56,325 nucleotides of DNA from IMG/VR virus record IMGVR_UViG_3300042868_007474, positions 1 to 56,325 of that record; one strand, written 5' to 3'. Under the pieces are notes generated by a model. The model searched no databases. It had not been told where the DNA came from and saw nothing but the letters and a program-made list of their open reading frames with translations. A program made the position numbers and the translations under genes. This document shows positions 1 to 10,148 of this stretch, one piece after another. Each line of letters starts with the position of its first letter. Position 1 is the stretch's first letter. Source of the stretch: a virus. Its lineage: Duplodnaviria; Caudoviricetes.

Positions 1-685
1 TTCCCTTGTTTTGCAACCAAACGACTCCCGTCACCTTCTTGGTTCGCTTGTCTGGTTTGTTGCCAAGAGCCTTGGCCGCAATCATCCATCCGCCAGCCAT
101 CAACCCCACCCTTGTCGCAACACTATTGTTGGTCATTAATGTCTGGATGCTCTGCGGCTTTCTAACATAAATTGGAGGTTTTTTACTGCCTTTTGGCTTT
201 CTTCCCTTTTTCCACTTATATAGCATTTCAAGGTCAGCCCTGTCTTCAACCTGCTGTCTACCAAGTCCATCTGGAGTTATGCCACCTCTACGCATGAATT
301 CTTGTAAAACATCAGCCCACTTCTTTTGGGAAATAAGAGAGTTTATTGTTTTATTTGTGCTTTTGAATCCATAAGCCTCACATGATGCCCAATCTTGATT
401 TAAAAGATATTGACCAAATGTTCTGCTCTTGATTGGTCTAAATGCAATACCAACTGTTTTTTGATGGTTTTTCATAACCTTATCAAAAGACCAAGCCATT
501 GCCGCTCCCTTTGTTGAAAGGGGGAGTGAGGACTTAATCAAGTCATGGCACATACCAGTGGCGTGTTCAGTGAGGAATACCTTTGCAAGTTCTCTATACT
601 TGTCCTTTAATGCCCGTGTAGCGGGCATATAAGACTCCTCTATCTGGACAACGCCAGTCCCACGCTTATTTACCGTTGTTGTCAT
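1..685 (-). CDS. Partial virion morphogenesis gene (possibly neck or tail completion), runs off the left edge
   Basis: ATG at 685 overlaps the TAA of the 685..1029 gene; my translation begins MTTTVNKRGTGVVQIEESYMPATRALKDKY and stays open as far as I read; function inferred from synteny only. Confidence 0.55.
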   Translation of the reverse strand, partial: MTTTVNKRGTGVVQIEESYMPATRALKDKYRELAKVFLTEHATGMCHDLIKSSLPLSTKGAAMAWSFDKVMKNHQKTVGIAFRPIKSRTFGQYLLNQDWASCEAYGFKSTNKTINSLISQKKWADVLQEFMRRGGITPDGLGRQQVEDRADLEMLYKWKKGRKPKGSKKPPIYVRKPQSIQTLMTNNSVATRVGLMAGGWMIAAKALGNKPDKRTKKVTGVVWLQNKG

Positions 686-1029
686 TACTGATTGGACGCT
701 ATCACGAACACATCAATCCAAGGGCTTGGCGGCCTTCTAGTGACCTGTCTGATGGTATACTGGTCGTTGTATATGTTCATCGACTCCCCGTGCTTTGGAG
801 GGGCAAGGAAGTAGACAGACCCCTCTTTGGCTAATAGTCTAACCCTGTATCCAGACTTATACACAAAGCCACCATCCCCCAGCGTTTCCTCGATTGGGTT
901 TGTGTCTATGAGTGCGATTACGCTTTGGTTGCGAAATTTGATTTCACGACCAAACTCAGTTAAAAATTCATTGCCGTCTGCGGCTATCTCGTCCCAAAGT
1001 GACATAAAAAAGGGTGGCGTTTCCGCCAC
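685..1029 (-). CDS. Putative head-tail joining protein (gpFII-like)
   Basis: 114 aa, beta-rich; EFLTEFGREIKF...YTIRQV pattern; downstream of the capsid genes. Confidence 0.55.
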   Translation of the reverse strand: MAETPPFFMSLWDEIAADGNEFLTEFGREIKFRNQSVIALIDTNPIEETLGDGGFVYKSGYRVRLLAKEGSVYFLAPPKHGESMNIYNDQYTIRQVTRRPPSPWIDVFVIASNQ

Positions 1030-1046
1030 CCATTGTTACCTGTCAA

Positions 1047-1250
1047 TTAAGCAGGAGGTGGGGTATAAGACAGGCCAAGTGCCTCAATTTCAGCCATTAG
1101 TTCAGCCTTTGTGGGCTTCGTAACGACAGAGAGGGCGGTCTTAGCCTTGCCCCCGTTCTTGAGTTCGCTCATGCCATATACCTTCTTCTGGGATGGGTTA
1201 TAAAACATAGTCCATCCAGCAGGTATGGTGATATCAATTAGTGTATTCAT
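1047..1250 (-). CDS. Small hypothetical virion-associated protein
   Basis: 67 aa ORF packed between structural genes, followed by a hairpin at ~1011-1031. Confidence 0.6.
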   Translation of the reverse strand: MNTLIDITIPAGWTMFYNPSQKKVYGMSELKNGGKAKTALSVVTKPTKAELMAEIEALGLSYTPPPA

Positions 1251-1253
1251 GGG

Positions 1254-3638
1254 TTAAGAAAAAGTGTAGTATCCTCCGTTGCCATCGGAGTAGTAATAAG
1301 TGTAAATATCAGTCATGCTTCCATCGTCATAGTAAGACTGTGAGCCAAAGTAAGTTCCGTATGAGGCATATGATGTTGATGAATCGGTGTAGTATCCTCC
1401 CATTCCGTCATGGTATTCTGTGTATGAGTAAGTTCCGTTTTCATACTGAGTTCCGTTTATGTCTATGTAGTTTGGATAACTATCGCCATTACCCGTTGGT
1501 TCTCCGTATGAAGGATATCCGCCACCTCCTCCAGTATATTCGCCTTGATAATAACTGCCCTCTCCATTTGAGTAATAATTATAGTCGTTGCAATTTCCGA
1601 GATACTGACCATACTCATAATAACTATTTCCGCTTTCCGAGTAAGTTCCTCCCATGCCATCTGCATAAATACTGTAGTCGCTACTTCCGACCTGCCAATC
1701 GCTACATCCAGCATTAGCATATATTGGAGAACTATTCCCTTCAATGTATGTTCCATATGCTGGATATTCGCCACCCCCACCCGTGTATTCGCCTTGATAT
1801 GAGCCACCTTGGCCGTCCGCATAGTAGTTGTAATCATTGCAGTTGCCAATTGAAGTTCCGTAAGAATAGTAATTATTGCCGCCGCTTGTGTATGTTCCAC
1901 CCATGCCGTCAGCGTATGTAGTAGAACTGTAAGTTCCAGTAGTGAAACTTCCGCAACCAACATCAACAGTATAGTTTCCGCCATCACTGCTTAACTCAGT
2001 GCCATAAGGCGGGAATGCGTTGACTTCTTCCGTATAATAACTTCCAGAGCCGTTTGTATAATATCTATAAGTAGAGTCCTCTGTCAATAGAGTTCCGCTC
2101 GGAATATATGAACTTGAAATCTCAACTCCACTGCTTCCGCAGTTTCCATCAGCGATAGTGTCTTCGTATTGATACCCGACAGTATATGTTCCTGCGTTAA
2201 TTATGATGGTTAAATCGGTAGTAACTCTTCCGATTGAAGTTCCAGCGGCTGGGCAGTTGTTTGTCTTTGGTTCAGAGTAATAACTGCCAGCACCATCAGA
2301 GTAGTAATAATTGTCAAGTCCATCGTGAACCTGTTGTCCGTTAGGAACATAAACCATGCCCGTGCATTCACCCCAGATAACATATCCATATCCATCATCC
2401 ATTCCACGCTTCGTGTTCGTTCCAAGAGTAACGCTGACACCCTCAATCTGAACTACAATTGGTTCTGCACAATTCTCGTAAACGCTAAACGGATAAACAA
2501 TAGTTGGGTCACACTCATCTGTTGCTCCACCATTAACAGGGTTTATAAGCGGTCTCCTCACTGAGCATGGAGGGGGAGGAGGTTGGTCTGGCGTTTCTGC
2601 CTCAAACTTCCAGACAACCGTCCCTTCCTGCACATTGTCAATTCTGCCAACCCAAGCACCAGAATGAATTCTTTCATCTCCATCGACTTTATATGTAACT
2701 AAGTATCTACCATTTGGAATTGGTTGCCCAATTTGGTCTGTTATTGAAAGGTCGTTATCAAACTTATATGGAGCATCCCCAACAATATAATTAACCCAAG
2801 TTGTTTGATACCTTCCATCTTTATCTTCTCTTCGCTTCACGCCAGTCTCTTTCACTTCTGTCGTTCCACCATTGCCATCCGCAACTATATATGTTGTTGG
2901 GGATTTTGTAATATATCTTGGATTATAATAAGGGCCGTATGCAGTTCCTCCGAAATCAAGCGAATATATTGTCTTTGTTTCTATTTTAAATTCACTGATA
3001 ATGTCTTGGAAGTCTATCCTGTATCCATTGGGGTAGAAACATGGGCTGTTTCCTTCTCCAGTCGTTTGATGCTCAATTCTTCCGCTAGAATATCTTTTTA
3101 CGGTTTTATTTATATAAGACCCGTTAAAGACAGTTCCATCTCTGTCGTATCCCAAAACAAATCCACATTCTTCCGTTGTAGATAAGAGAGTGTCATTAGC
3201 ATCTGCAAAAGGGCTAGACCCGTTGGCTAACTGATTGACATTGAATGCCATCCCCTTGCTTGCTCCATCATTTAATCCAGTGCTTGAAATTGGGGGGGCT
3301 GGCGGTGGCAATGTAACATTAGTTGTCCAAGCGGAAGGATGGGTAACTGGGCCGTATCCGCCAGCCCCGATGAAGTTAATTAACTTGTAAACTGTTCCGT
3401 TGAGTTTAACTAATGCTCCAGTGCCATATGTTGCCCCGTTGTTATATTCTGGGATAGAGTCTGAGAGATTACCAAAGTCTAAACTAGCCTTGGGTGCGGC
3501 ATAAAGGTAAGCCACGCCATCCGTGGTTATCGTCTTGTAGAAGTCCTTGGCCTCGGACATTGTATTGAACTGCTTCACATAGCCGCCACCATCGGAATTG
3601 ACGACTATAATAACTGGATGATTTGGTCTATATGCCAT
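1254..3638 (-). CDS. Gly/Tyr/Ser-rich repeat protein, probable capsid-attached fibre or adhesin with a CBM5/12-like module
   Basis: 794 aa; EYNNGATYGTGALVKLNGTVYK...PSAWT resembles CBM5/12; Pro linkers; C-terminal repeats with YADGxGG and GNCNDYNYY. Confidence 0.7.
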   Translation of the reverse strand: MAYRPNHPVIIVVNSDGGGYVKQFNTMSEAKDFYKTITTDGVAYLYAAPKASLDFGNLSDSIPEYNNGATYGTGALVKLNGTVYKLINFIGAGGYGPVTHPSAWTTNVTLPPPAPPISSTGLNDGASKGMAFNVNQLANGSSPFADANDTLLSTTEECGFVLGYDRDGTVFNGSYINKTVKRYSSGRIEHQTTGEGNSPCFYPNGYRIDFQDIISEFKIETKTIYSLDFGGTAYGPYYNPRYITKSPTTYIVADGNGGTTEVKETGVKRREDKDGRYQTTWVNYIVGDAPYKFDNDLSITDQIGQPIPNGRYLVTYKVDGDERIHSGAWVGRIDNVQEGTVVWKFEAETPDQPPPPPCSVRRPLINPVNGGATDECDPTIVYPFSVYENCAEPIVVQIEGVSVTLGTNTKRGMDDGYGYVIWGECTGMVYVPNGQQVHDGLDNYYYSDGAGSYYSEPKTNNCPAAGTSIGRVTTDLTIIINAGTYTVGYQYEDTIADGNCGSSGVEISSSYIPSGTLLTEDSTYRYYTNGSGSYYTEEVNAFPPYGTELSSDGGNYTVDVGCGSFTTGTYSSTTYADGMGGTYTSGGNNYYSYGTSIGNCNDYNYYADGQGGSYQGEYTGGGGEYPAYGTYIEGNSSPIYANAGCSDWQVGSSDYSIYADGMGGTYSESGNSYYEYGQYLGNCNDYNYYSNGEGSYYQGEYTGGGGGYPSYGEPTGNGDSYPNYIDINGTQYENGTYSYTEYHDGMGGYYTDSSTSYASYGTYFGSQSYYDDGSMTDIYTYYYSDGNGGYYTFS

Positions 3639-3838
3639 CAGAGTGTTAATTCAATTGGGTTCGGGTTGCCAATAGCAGACTTTCTCTTTGATGGCGTAAA
3701 ATAATAATAAGCATCTAGCCCGTCTGAAATCGCCTGTTTGTAAGCAATCTGACATTCGGTAGAGTTTTCATACTGCTTCACCTTGATTGTATTGTCAAGA
3801 TTAACTATAATCAATGTTGAGTATTTTTTGATATACAT
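3638..3838 (-). CDS. Small protein resembling the N-terminal domain of the 794 aa protein
   Basis: 66 aa; LIIVNLD...VKQY...DGLDAYYYFTP versus VIIVVNSD...VKQF...DGVAYLYAAP. Confidence 0.7.
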   Translation of the reverse strand: MYIKKYSTLIIVNLDNTIKVKQYENSTECQIAYKQAISDGLDAYYYFTPSKRKSAIGNPNPIELTL

Positions 3839-3895
3839 ATACCAATAAAAAGGGGTGGCTTGATGCCACCCCTTGATATCTGTCCACCGATATTG

Positions 3896-4243
3896 TTATT
3901 CTAAGTCGATAGCCACATCCGAAGATGTTGCTTTCGGGTTGAATGACTTTCCAGAGAACTTTTCCTTTGTCTTAACAACCCATCCGCTTTGTTTGGCTTC
4001 CTGCTTAACTTCCTGTGCTTCGGCTGGCTTATTATAGACCATCTTAGCCAACTCCTTTGTTTCAGCCGCCGACTTGCACCGCTTGTCGGCTACTGGGTGC
4101 TGATAGAAGTATGCTTCCTTGCCTTCTTCACGGGCTTTAACGAAATCATTGATTCCGACTTGGCTATCCTTCTTGTCATACGCTTTTGAGGTAAGGTTTC
4201 CCTTCGCATCAACTGTAACAAGGAACGAGAATGTTTTAGACAT
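3896..4243 (-). CDS. Hypothetical protein of the same N-terminal domain family
   Basis: 115 aa; FLVTVDAKG...KAY...EGKEAYFYQHP. Confidence 0.7.
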   Translation of the reverse strand: MSKTFSFLVTVDAKGNLTSKAYDKKDSQVGINDFVKAREEGKEAYFYQHPVADKRCKSAAETKELAKMVYNKPAEAQEVKQEAKQSGWVVKTKEKFSGKSFNPKATSSDVAIDLE

Positions 4244-4285
4244 ATTGGTATGGTGAGTGGTTTGTGGCTGGTGTCAAGGACTAAA

Positions 4286-4516
4286 TTAGTCCCACTGGTC
4301 GAGATTTGTCGGAATAGAAACCGTATCATCTCGATGGAACTTTGTTGGCTGGGGCTGTTCAAAAAGTAGAACCCGAGTGTTGGCATTGCCAACTTCGACC
4401 TTGAAAGCCTGTCTAGCATCCTTTACATTTGAGAAAATGTAAGAATCACGAGAAACAGTGTCTAGAACGGGGTCGAATCTTTCAACAATAATTAACGAAT
4501 AGTCTGGATGAGCCAT
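4286..4516 (-). CDS. Hypothetical protein directly after the capsid gene (possible decoration protein)
   Basis: 76 aa; weak match to the same family (SLIIVE...VLLFEQP). Confidence 0.65.
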   Translation of the reverse strand: MAHPDYSLIIVERFDPVLDTVSRDSYIFSNVKDARQAFKVEVGNANTRVLLFEQPQPTKFHRDDTVSIPTNLDQWD

Positions 4517-4544
4517 TTGTTCTGGACTATTGTCAACTATACAA

Positions 4545-4570
4545 ACAAAAGACCCCCATTTCTGGGGGTC
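4545..4570 (-). terminator. Intrinsic terminator after the major capsid gene
   Basis: GACCCCCA-TTTC-TGGGGGTC hairpin with a U-run on the minus strand. Confidence 0.75.
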
Positions 4571-4593
4571 TCGTTAGTTATCTAACCTTTAGA

Positions 4594-5541
4594 TTAGATA
4601 GCGATAATCTTACCGAGAGTGCCTGTCGAACCAATCTGCACACCGTAAAGGATGCTCATCGACAGTTTCTGCTTGCCCGAGTCACCATCATACCATTCAC
4701 GGACTTGGACGGTAAGGCCAGACTTTTCGTCTGTGGCCGAGGCGACATTGCCATACCAGTTCTGAGGAAGGGCTGGCTGGCGTGTGGCGATAAGGATGGA
4801 CTCTGGGGTGCAAGCGATGCCCTTCATGTTGGCAACGGAAGCAGGGAGAGCGGTATACTGATTGACTTCGAAGCCGTGGATACGGGGCAGAAGGTTCTCA
4901 GTCAGAGGGGCATTTGTGCCAGACGCATACTGGGCAGAAATGGCGTTGTCCTTAGCGAGTGATGTGTAAAGCGAGGGCTTGACAATCAGAATGCGGTTGG
5001 CTTGAGGAACATTGCGGTTCGTCAGAGCCTCGGAGATGGAAGCCACAGCGTCAGCATCGAAGGCGGCAACTGTGCCGTTGTAAGCGTGGACGGTGGGGTT
5101 AGTGACAGCATCCCAATCAAGACCATCGACCGTTTCACGGTAGTTGGCGTTGGTGACGAGGGCGAAGATATCATCAAGGACGGCCTTGGAGACGGCGTGA
5201 GCCGCAGGACGGATGAAGGTGCGGCGAAGCACATCATAACCACCCTTAGCGACTTCACCATCGGAGAAGCCCATCACGAAGCCTTTATGCTTGTCGAGGG
5301 TGATTTTGCGTTCCAGAGACTCAACATCAGTGACTTGGTAGCCGTTAGCACCAATGTCAGTGATTGTCGTGACTGGAGAAGCGATGCGGGTAGCAACGGT
5401 TTCGCCACGGGTAGCGATTTCACCGCCGAAGTTCGTAGTGAACTTAGAGATGAGTGGGAACTCAGCAAGGAGCGTTGAAAGCGAATCCTGTGCGATGAGA
5501 TTGAGGTTAATGCCCCCAATTGCGTTAGTGCCAAGTGACAT
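4594..5541 (-). CDS. Major capsid protein (HK97 fold expected)
   Basis: 315 aa after protease and scaffold; ITLDKHKGF, RILIVKPSLYTSL, RIHGFEV and C-terminal MSILYGV are typical capsid motifs; followed by a terminator. Confidence 0.8.
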   Translation of the reverse strand: MSLGTNAIGGINLNLIAQDSLSTLLAEFPLISKFTTNFGGEIATRGETVATRIASPVTTITDIGANGYQVTDVESLERKITLDKHKGFVMGFSDGEVAKGGYDVLRRTFIRPAAHAVSKAVLDDIFALVTNANYRETVDGLDWDAVTNPTVHAYNGTVAAFDADAVASISEALTNRNVPQANRILIVKPSLYTSLAKDNAISAQYASGTNAPLTENLLPRIHGFEVNQYTALPASVANMKGIACTPESILIATRQPALPQNWYGNVASATDEKSGLTVQVREWYDGDSGKQKLSMSILYGVQIGSTGTLGKIIAI

Positions 5542-5596
5542 AGTTTATAAGATGTATTTTTGAGTTACAGTTTTTGGCTACTGTCAACCGTCACAA

Positions 5597-5628
5597 ATAA
5601 AAGAGCCCCTTTCGGGGCTCTGTTTTTG
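5597..5628. terminator. Bidirectional-looking terminator
   Basis: AAAAGAGCCCC-TTTC-GGGGCTCTGTTTTT. Confidence 0.7.
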
Positions 5629-5641
5629 ATTCATTTAAGGC

Positions 5642-6247
5642 TTACTTCCCGCCCTTTTTAGCGGCCTTACGAGCGGCGGCTTTTTCCTTGCTTCGGCGAA
5701 CCTTTTCCTTCTTTCGAAGTTGCTTGGTTCGGAGAGCGACCTGCTTCTTGCTTTTAAGGGGCTTTCCGCCAGTAACTGCTCCTTGGTTCTTGGGGGTCAT
5801 CACGCCAAAGCCTCTTGGGAAACGAGGGGCTTTACCGCTACCCGCACCACGGGACTTCTTCTCAGCACCATCCTTAAAGACTCGCTCAGAACCACGCTTA
5901 AGGGCCACACCTTCCTTGCCGAAGTCAGACTGGACTGGGCGGAATGTTGGCTTCATCGTGCCTTCCTTACGACCAAGGATTTGGTCACGGTTATCAGCAG
6001 TCACCTTAACTCGCTCAACCTTGCCGTCTTTGCCCTTGATGGCAATAATGTCGCCATTCTTGACAACATCGCCCGCTCGGCTTGGCTCAATTTCGCCAGT
6101 AGACCGACCAGCAGTTCCGAAGTTAGAATTGGTAACAACGAGTTGTCCCGTCTTCTTGCCTTCACGCAGTTTTGCGTTGTGAGAGCGAACCTTAGCGGCT
6201 CGGGTTAGAGAGCCGTCAGCGGCTTGATAGAATGTTCTTCCTGCCAT
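5642..6247 (-). CDS. Very basic Lys/Arg-rich protein (possible DNA-binding core protein)
   Basis: 201 aa with a K/R-rich tail; own sigma70-type promoter TTGACA-16-CATAGT at ~6283-6310. Confidence 0.7.
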   Translation of the reverse strand: MAGRTFYQAADGSLTRAAKVRSHNAKLREGKKTGQLVVTNSNFGTAGRSTGEIEPSRAGDVVKNGDIIAIKGKDGKVERVKVTADNRDQILGRKEGTMKPTFRPVQSDFGKEGVALKRGSERVFKDGAEKKSRGAGSGKAPRFPRGFGVMTPKNQGAVTGGKPLKSKKQVALRTKQLRKKEKVRRSKEKAAARKAAKKGGK

Positions 6248-6316
6248 ATTAGTGTGTGTTTGTTAGTGGGTTGAGGTTGTAACTATGCACAACCCCTCCC
6301 CGTTGTCAAGCGTTAA

Positions 6317-7417
6317 TTAAGAACGCTTGGAACGGAGGATGGAAGAGGCGTGACGCTCAATTGTCTGCTTGTTAGCCAGATAGAACTTACGCTGTTCAAC
6401 GCCAGCAAGGGCTTCGAACTTCTTATAGATATCGGAGTCGGTTTCAGCGACAACTTCTTGGTCAACCGAGATGGCGACCGCTTCCGTGCCTTGCTTGGAG
6501 ACGATTTGAGCGGCCTTAGTTTCGACCGTGCTGGCTGACTTCTCAAGAGAGCCGACCTTAGCCATAAGGGCTTCAAACTTATCTTCCAGAGCCTTGTAAG
6601 CCTTGGTTTCGAGTGCAACTGCCTGTGAGACAGCGACTTCCGTGGAAGCCTGTGGCTTCGAAATGGTCAAGGAAGCCAGTTTTTCAAGAGCCGCTTCAAT
6701 TTTGGAGTTAAGAACTTCAACAGCCGAGGGAGCAGGGGCTTCAGAAGCGACAGGAGCGGAAACAGTCGTTTCAGCAACGGGAGTCTGGACGACTTCTTCC
6801 GCTTGAGGGGCTTCGGTTGTTTCTTGGGCCGAGGGTTCTGCACCATCGACGATGAGTTTCTTGTCTGACGCATTGTTACGAGGTTTGCCGAGAGGGTTTT
6901 CACGATGACGCTTCTGGTTCATCGGAGCATTGACGGTCTGGTTCTTGTTGATACCACCGAGTTGGTTGGCGGCTTCTTTTTCGCCTTCATCTTCGGATTC
7001 TTCGTCTTCCATTTCGCCACCGTCTTCAGCCTTCTTTTCTGGCTCAGACTTGACTTCTTCTTCCTTAGTCATTGGCTTTGGCTTTTCTTCAGACTTCTCT
7101 TCCTTGGAGTCTTCCTTCTTTTCGTCAGCAGGAGCATCCTTCTTGTCTTCATCCTTCTTGGGCTCAAACATAGCACAATACTTGGCTTCCATTTCTTCAA
7201 CCTTACCGCCCATAGCCTTATGGTAGTCCTTGATGTTGGTGTCCATCTCCAGAACCTTCTTCATGGCTTCTGTGAGGTTTTCTTCCATCTTCTTCATACG
7301 CTCAGTGTATGTGTTGTTTTCACCAGCAAAAGCGGTGAACTTTTCCTCAAAAGCCTTAGTCTGGGCTTCCTGTGAGTCGAGGAGTTGCTTGAGGAGATTG
7401 TCAATGGATTTGCTCAT
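6317..7417 (-). CDS. Capsid scaffolding protein
   Basis: 366 aa, acidic, coiled-coil and low-complexity; lies between protease and capsid genes. Confidence 0.65.
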   Translation of the reverse strand: MSKSIDNLLKQLLDSQEAQTKAFEEKFTAFAGENNTYTERMKKMEENLTEAMKKVLEMDTNIKDYHKAMGGKVEEMEAKYCAMFEPKKDEDKKDAPADEKKEDSKEEKSEEKPKPMTKEEEVKSEPEKKAEDGGEMEDEESEDEGEKEAANQLGGINKNQTVNAPMNQKRHRENPLGKPRNNASDKKLIVDGAEPSAQETTEAPQAEEVVQTPVAETTVSAPVASEAPAPSAVEVLNSKIEAALEKLASLTISKPQASTEVAVSQAVALETKAYKALEDKFEALMAKVGSLEKSASTVETKAAQIVSKQGTEAVAISVDQEVVAETDSDIYKKFEALAGVEQRKFYLANKQTIERHASSILRSKRS

Positions 7418-7476
7418 TTGAATATTATGATTGTAAATGTTCTATTGTCAACCGAAAATGCTCGGTTGCGTATGCA

Positions 7477-8442
7477 TTAGATGCCGATTTTGGCCGCTAA
7501 CTTGGACTGTGCAACTGACTGCATCATAGCACGATTGGCCTTGATGATTTCCTTGGCTTGCTTCCATTCATCCACAAGCGTGGTAGCCATTCCAATTCGA
7601 ACGGCTTCATCGCCGTAGAAGGACTGACCTTGGAGGTTTGCCTCGTCCACGAAGGCACGAACGGACTTAACATCACGGATAAACCTGCGGTGAAGTTCAA
7701 TAACTTCATCTTGAAGACGCTGGAATTGCAGGTCTGTGAGGGGGAGGTGTTCGACCCCTGCCGCTTTGTATTCGCCAGACTTAATTACCGTAATTTTGAC
7801 ACCATCTTCTTCATATTTAGCCGATAAGTCCTTGACAACCAGATAGATACCGCAAGCACCAATGCTTGAAGATGGGGTAACAATGAATCTATCGCACTGC
7901 GAGGCGAGCCAGAATGCGGCAGAGCCGCAGTCGCCTTCACAATATGCAGTAGTGGGCTTAGAAAATGTTCTAATCTTCTTAGCGACTTCTTCCAGACCTG
8001 TTGTAGAGCCACCGCCAGAATTAAATTTAAATACAACATCTTTAACATCGTCACGCTTTTCCCACGCATCGAGTGTGCAGGAAATGTCGCAAAGGTCTGA
8101 GCATCCAAGCATACGCTCGACTTTAGTCAAGCCCTTGCCGATAACGCCATTGACCTCAATGCAACCGATATTATCATCAACCTTTGGTTCAATGAGTTCG
8201 GAGAAGAAATTCTCCATATCGTTGGCTGAAGAATCCTCATCACCCCAAGGCGATGCCGCTCTGCGGTTTGACGAACGACCCTTCTTCTTCTCATACTTAT
8301 CCGACCAAGCGGACATATGATATGCAATATCTGGGTTAGATAAGATTAGATTTGCGTTATCAAGGAAAGCCTGTGCCTTCAGCGGGTCAATAAGCATCGG
8401 CCTTCCAGCCGCAATTGCATAACATAAGTCGTTTCTAATCAT
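7477..8442 (-). CDS. Head maturation protease, peptidase S49 (SppA/ClpP-like)
   Basis: FNSGGG, CGSAAFWLASQCD, SSIGACG and SGEYK motifs. Confidence 0.9.
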   Translation of the reverse strand: MIRNDLCYAIAAGRPMLIDPLKAQAFLDNANLILSNPDIAYHMSAWSDKYEKKKGRSSNRRAASPWGDEDSSANDMENFFSELIEPKVDDNIGCIEVNGVIGKGLTKVERMLGCSDLCDISCTLDAWEKRDDVKDVVFKFNSGGGSTTGLEEVAKKIRTFSKPTTAYCEGDCGSAAFWLASQCDRFIVTPSSSIGACGIYLVVKDLSAKYEEDGVKITVIKSGEYKAAGVEHLPLTDLQFQRLQDEVIELHRRFIRDVKSVRAFVDEANLQGQSFYGDEAVRIGMATTLVDEWKQAKEIIKANRAMMQSVAQSKLAAKIGI

Positions 8443-8447
8443 ATATT

Positions 8448-10148
8448 TTAGCCGTAGAAGGATTGGTCAACAGGCCGTGATAGCCCGCCGTTCTGTTTTG
8501 GTATAGCGTCAACTGGCATTTCTGTTTTTTCTACCGCAGAAATGCCCTTTGAAACTTTTGGTTCGGCTGTTTCTGGCTCGCCCTCACCAACCCTGTCCTT
8601 GATTTCGTCATACCCCATGTCTCCTGCAACATCTTTGGTCTCAAAGACAGGCTTGCCGTCTGGGCCGATGATTGGTTTACCATCTGCGTCCAGTTTGGGT
8701 TGCATATTGCTATTTGTGTTTCCTCCGCCCTGCGGAGAGAAACGGAAGAGGTCTTCTCTTGACAATCCAGTGTCCTTGGCTAACTTCTCAAGGAACAGGA
8801 AGTTCTTGGCTCTCTTACGCATGGACTTCTCATACTGATAGCCACGCATCGCAAAGTCGTCTTCAATTGTAACACGACCCATTTCAAGGTCGGCTCGTTC
8901 ATTGGCTGAATCACGGCCAGCATCAACGGTGACGGGCTTGGTCGTCATCCAATCAACCTTCCACCAGTTACGAGCAGAAGGGAGGTCGCCACGGGAAATC
9001 TTAGTTCCAAGCCAATACTTAAAGTATTCATTAAGGAATCGCTTTATGATGATATTCTGACGCTTTGCGAAATATCGTCCAGCCTTGGCTACGACAAGGC
9101 GGACTGCACTGCCGCCAGCCTTTGTTGGGTCTGCAAGGAATTCGTAAGGAAGTGAACCGAGAACGGAATCTCGTCTTAGATGTTCAATGAATCCAGTAAA
9201 TGCTGTTGTTGGTCGGGCTGGTTGGTGGGCAATTAATTCTTCATTTGGCTGAAGAACGGCGGTTACACCGCCGAGAATGCGGTTCATCTCGGTAGTGTTG
9301 CTTGGTTGGGTGCTATTGGTTGGAACACCAAGACCAATGTCTCCATTGTCTGGCCCAAGTTCGTGAGTCTTGAGGATTCGGCTTATACGGGCGTTGTCCT
9401 TTGCGGCGACCTTCTCCATCGCAAGCAAGTCCATCTCGTCTCTGAGGTTCGTTATGGCGTGTTGGTGAGGGGGATACGCACGGGATGCTGTCGCATGACT
9501 AGCATCGTAGATGTGCATCATGGCGGATGCTGGAACTTGGCTAAACTCCCCATTTGACTGCTTTACATAATAGATGGTAGGAACTCCAAACTTATTATAC
9601 TTAATGCCGTCATTGATAGTCGTATCGCTAATCATTGTCGGAGGAGTCTCAATTCTATGAGTTTCGACAATCTGGAATTTTGGAATACCGCCACGCTTGG
9701 CCTTAATTGCAAAGATTTCGCCATCTCGGTCAAGTGCTTGACAGATTATATAAAGCGATTCTAACATCGAAAACCGACCCGTAACCTCTGGGTTCTCGCA
9801 TTCCTGCTCCCATTCAGCCTCAATGAGCGACTGCCAGTCAAAATCTCCACCATTGGCTTGCATATTTATGCCATCGCCAATCGTGTAAATAGCCGTGTCA
9901 GAAATCATCTGACGGAACAGGCCGTTATTCTTTTCAAGCCAGCGAGAAAGACGAACCATCTCTCGTCTGACCGAATCCGTCATCTCCGCACGGAAGTCCG
10001 TGGGGGGAGGAGCGTCTACTCGGGTTCTATGGACAGACTGCCTTGCAGACTCCCATGCTCCCATATACGCTTTTGGGCGTATGGCATTAGAGATAGCCAG
10101 TCTGGCTCTCTCAAAAAATCCGAGTGGTTTCTTTTGTGGTTCGTTCAT
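8448..10148 (-). CDS. Portal protein, lambda family
   Basis: 566 aa; SRWLEKNN, DRDGEIF, GIKYNKFGVP.Y and VDAGRD motifs. Confidence 0.9.
   Translation of the reverse strand: MNEPQKKPLGFFERARLAISNAIRPKAYMGAWESARQSVHRTRVDAPPPTDFRAEMTDSVRREMVRLSRWLEKNNGLFRQMISDTAIYTIGDGINMQANGGDFDWQSLIEAEWEQECENPEVTGRFSMLESLYIICQALDRDGEIFAIKAKRGGIPKFQIVETHRIETPPTMISDTTINDGIKYNKFGVPTIYYVKQSNGEFSQVPASAMMHIYDASHATASRAYPPHQHAITNLRDEMDLLAMEKVAAKDNARISRILKTHELGPDNGDIGLGVPTNSTQPSNTTEMNRILGGVTAVLQPNEELIAHQPARPTTAFTGFIEHLRRDSVLGSLPYEFLADPTKAGGSAVRLVVAKAGRYFAKRQNIIIKRFLNEYFKYWLGTKISRGDLPSARNWWKVDWMTTKPVTVDAGRDSANERADLEMGRVTIEDDFAMRGYQYEKSMRKRAKNFLFLEKLAKDTGLSREDLFRFSPQGGGNTNSNMQPKLDADGKPIIGPDGKPVFETKDVAGDMGYDEIKDRVGEGEPETAEPKVSKGISAVEKTEMPVDAIPKQNGGLSRPVDQSFYG

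Noticed and set aside
1254-2100. Diversity-generating retroelement TR/VR pair
   Set aside because: Repeats are in-frame protein repeats differing mostly at synonymous sites; no reverse transcriptase in the window
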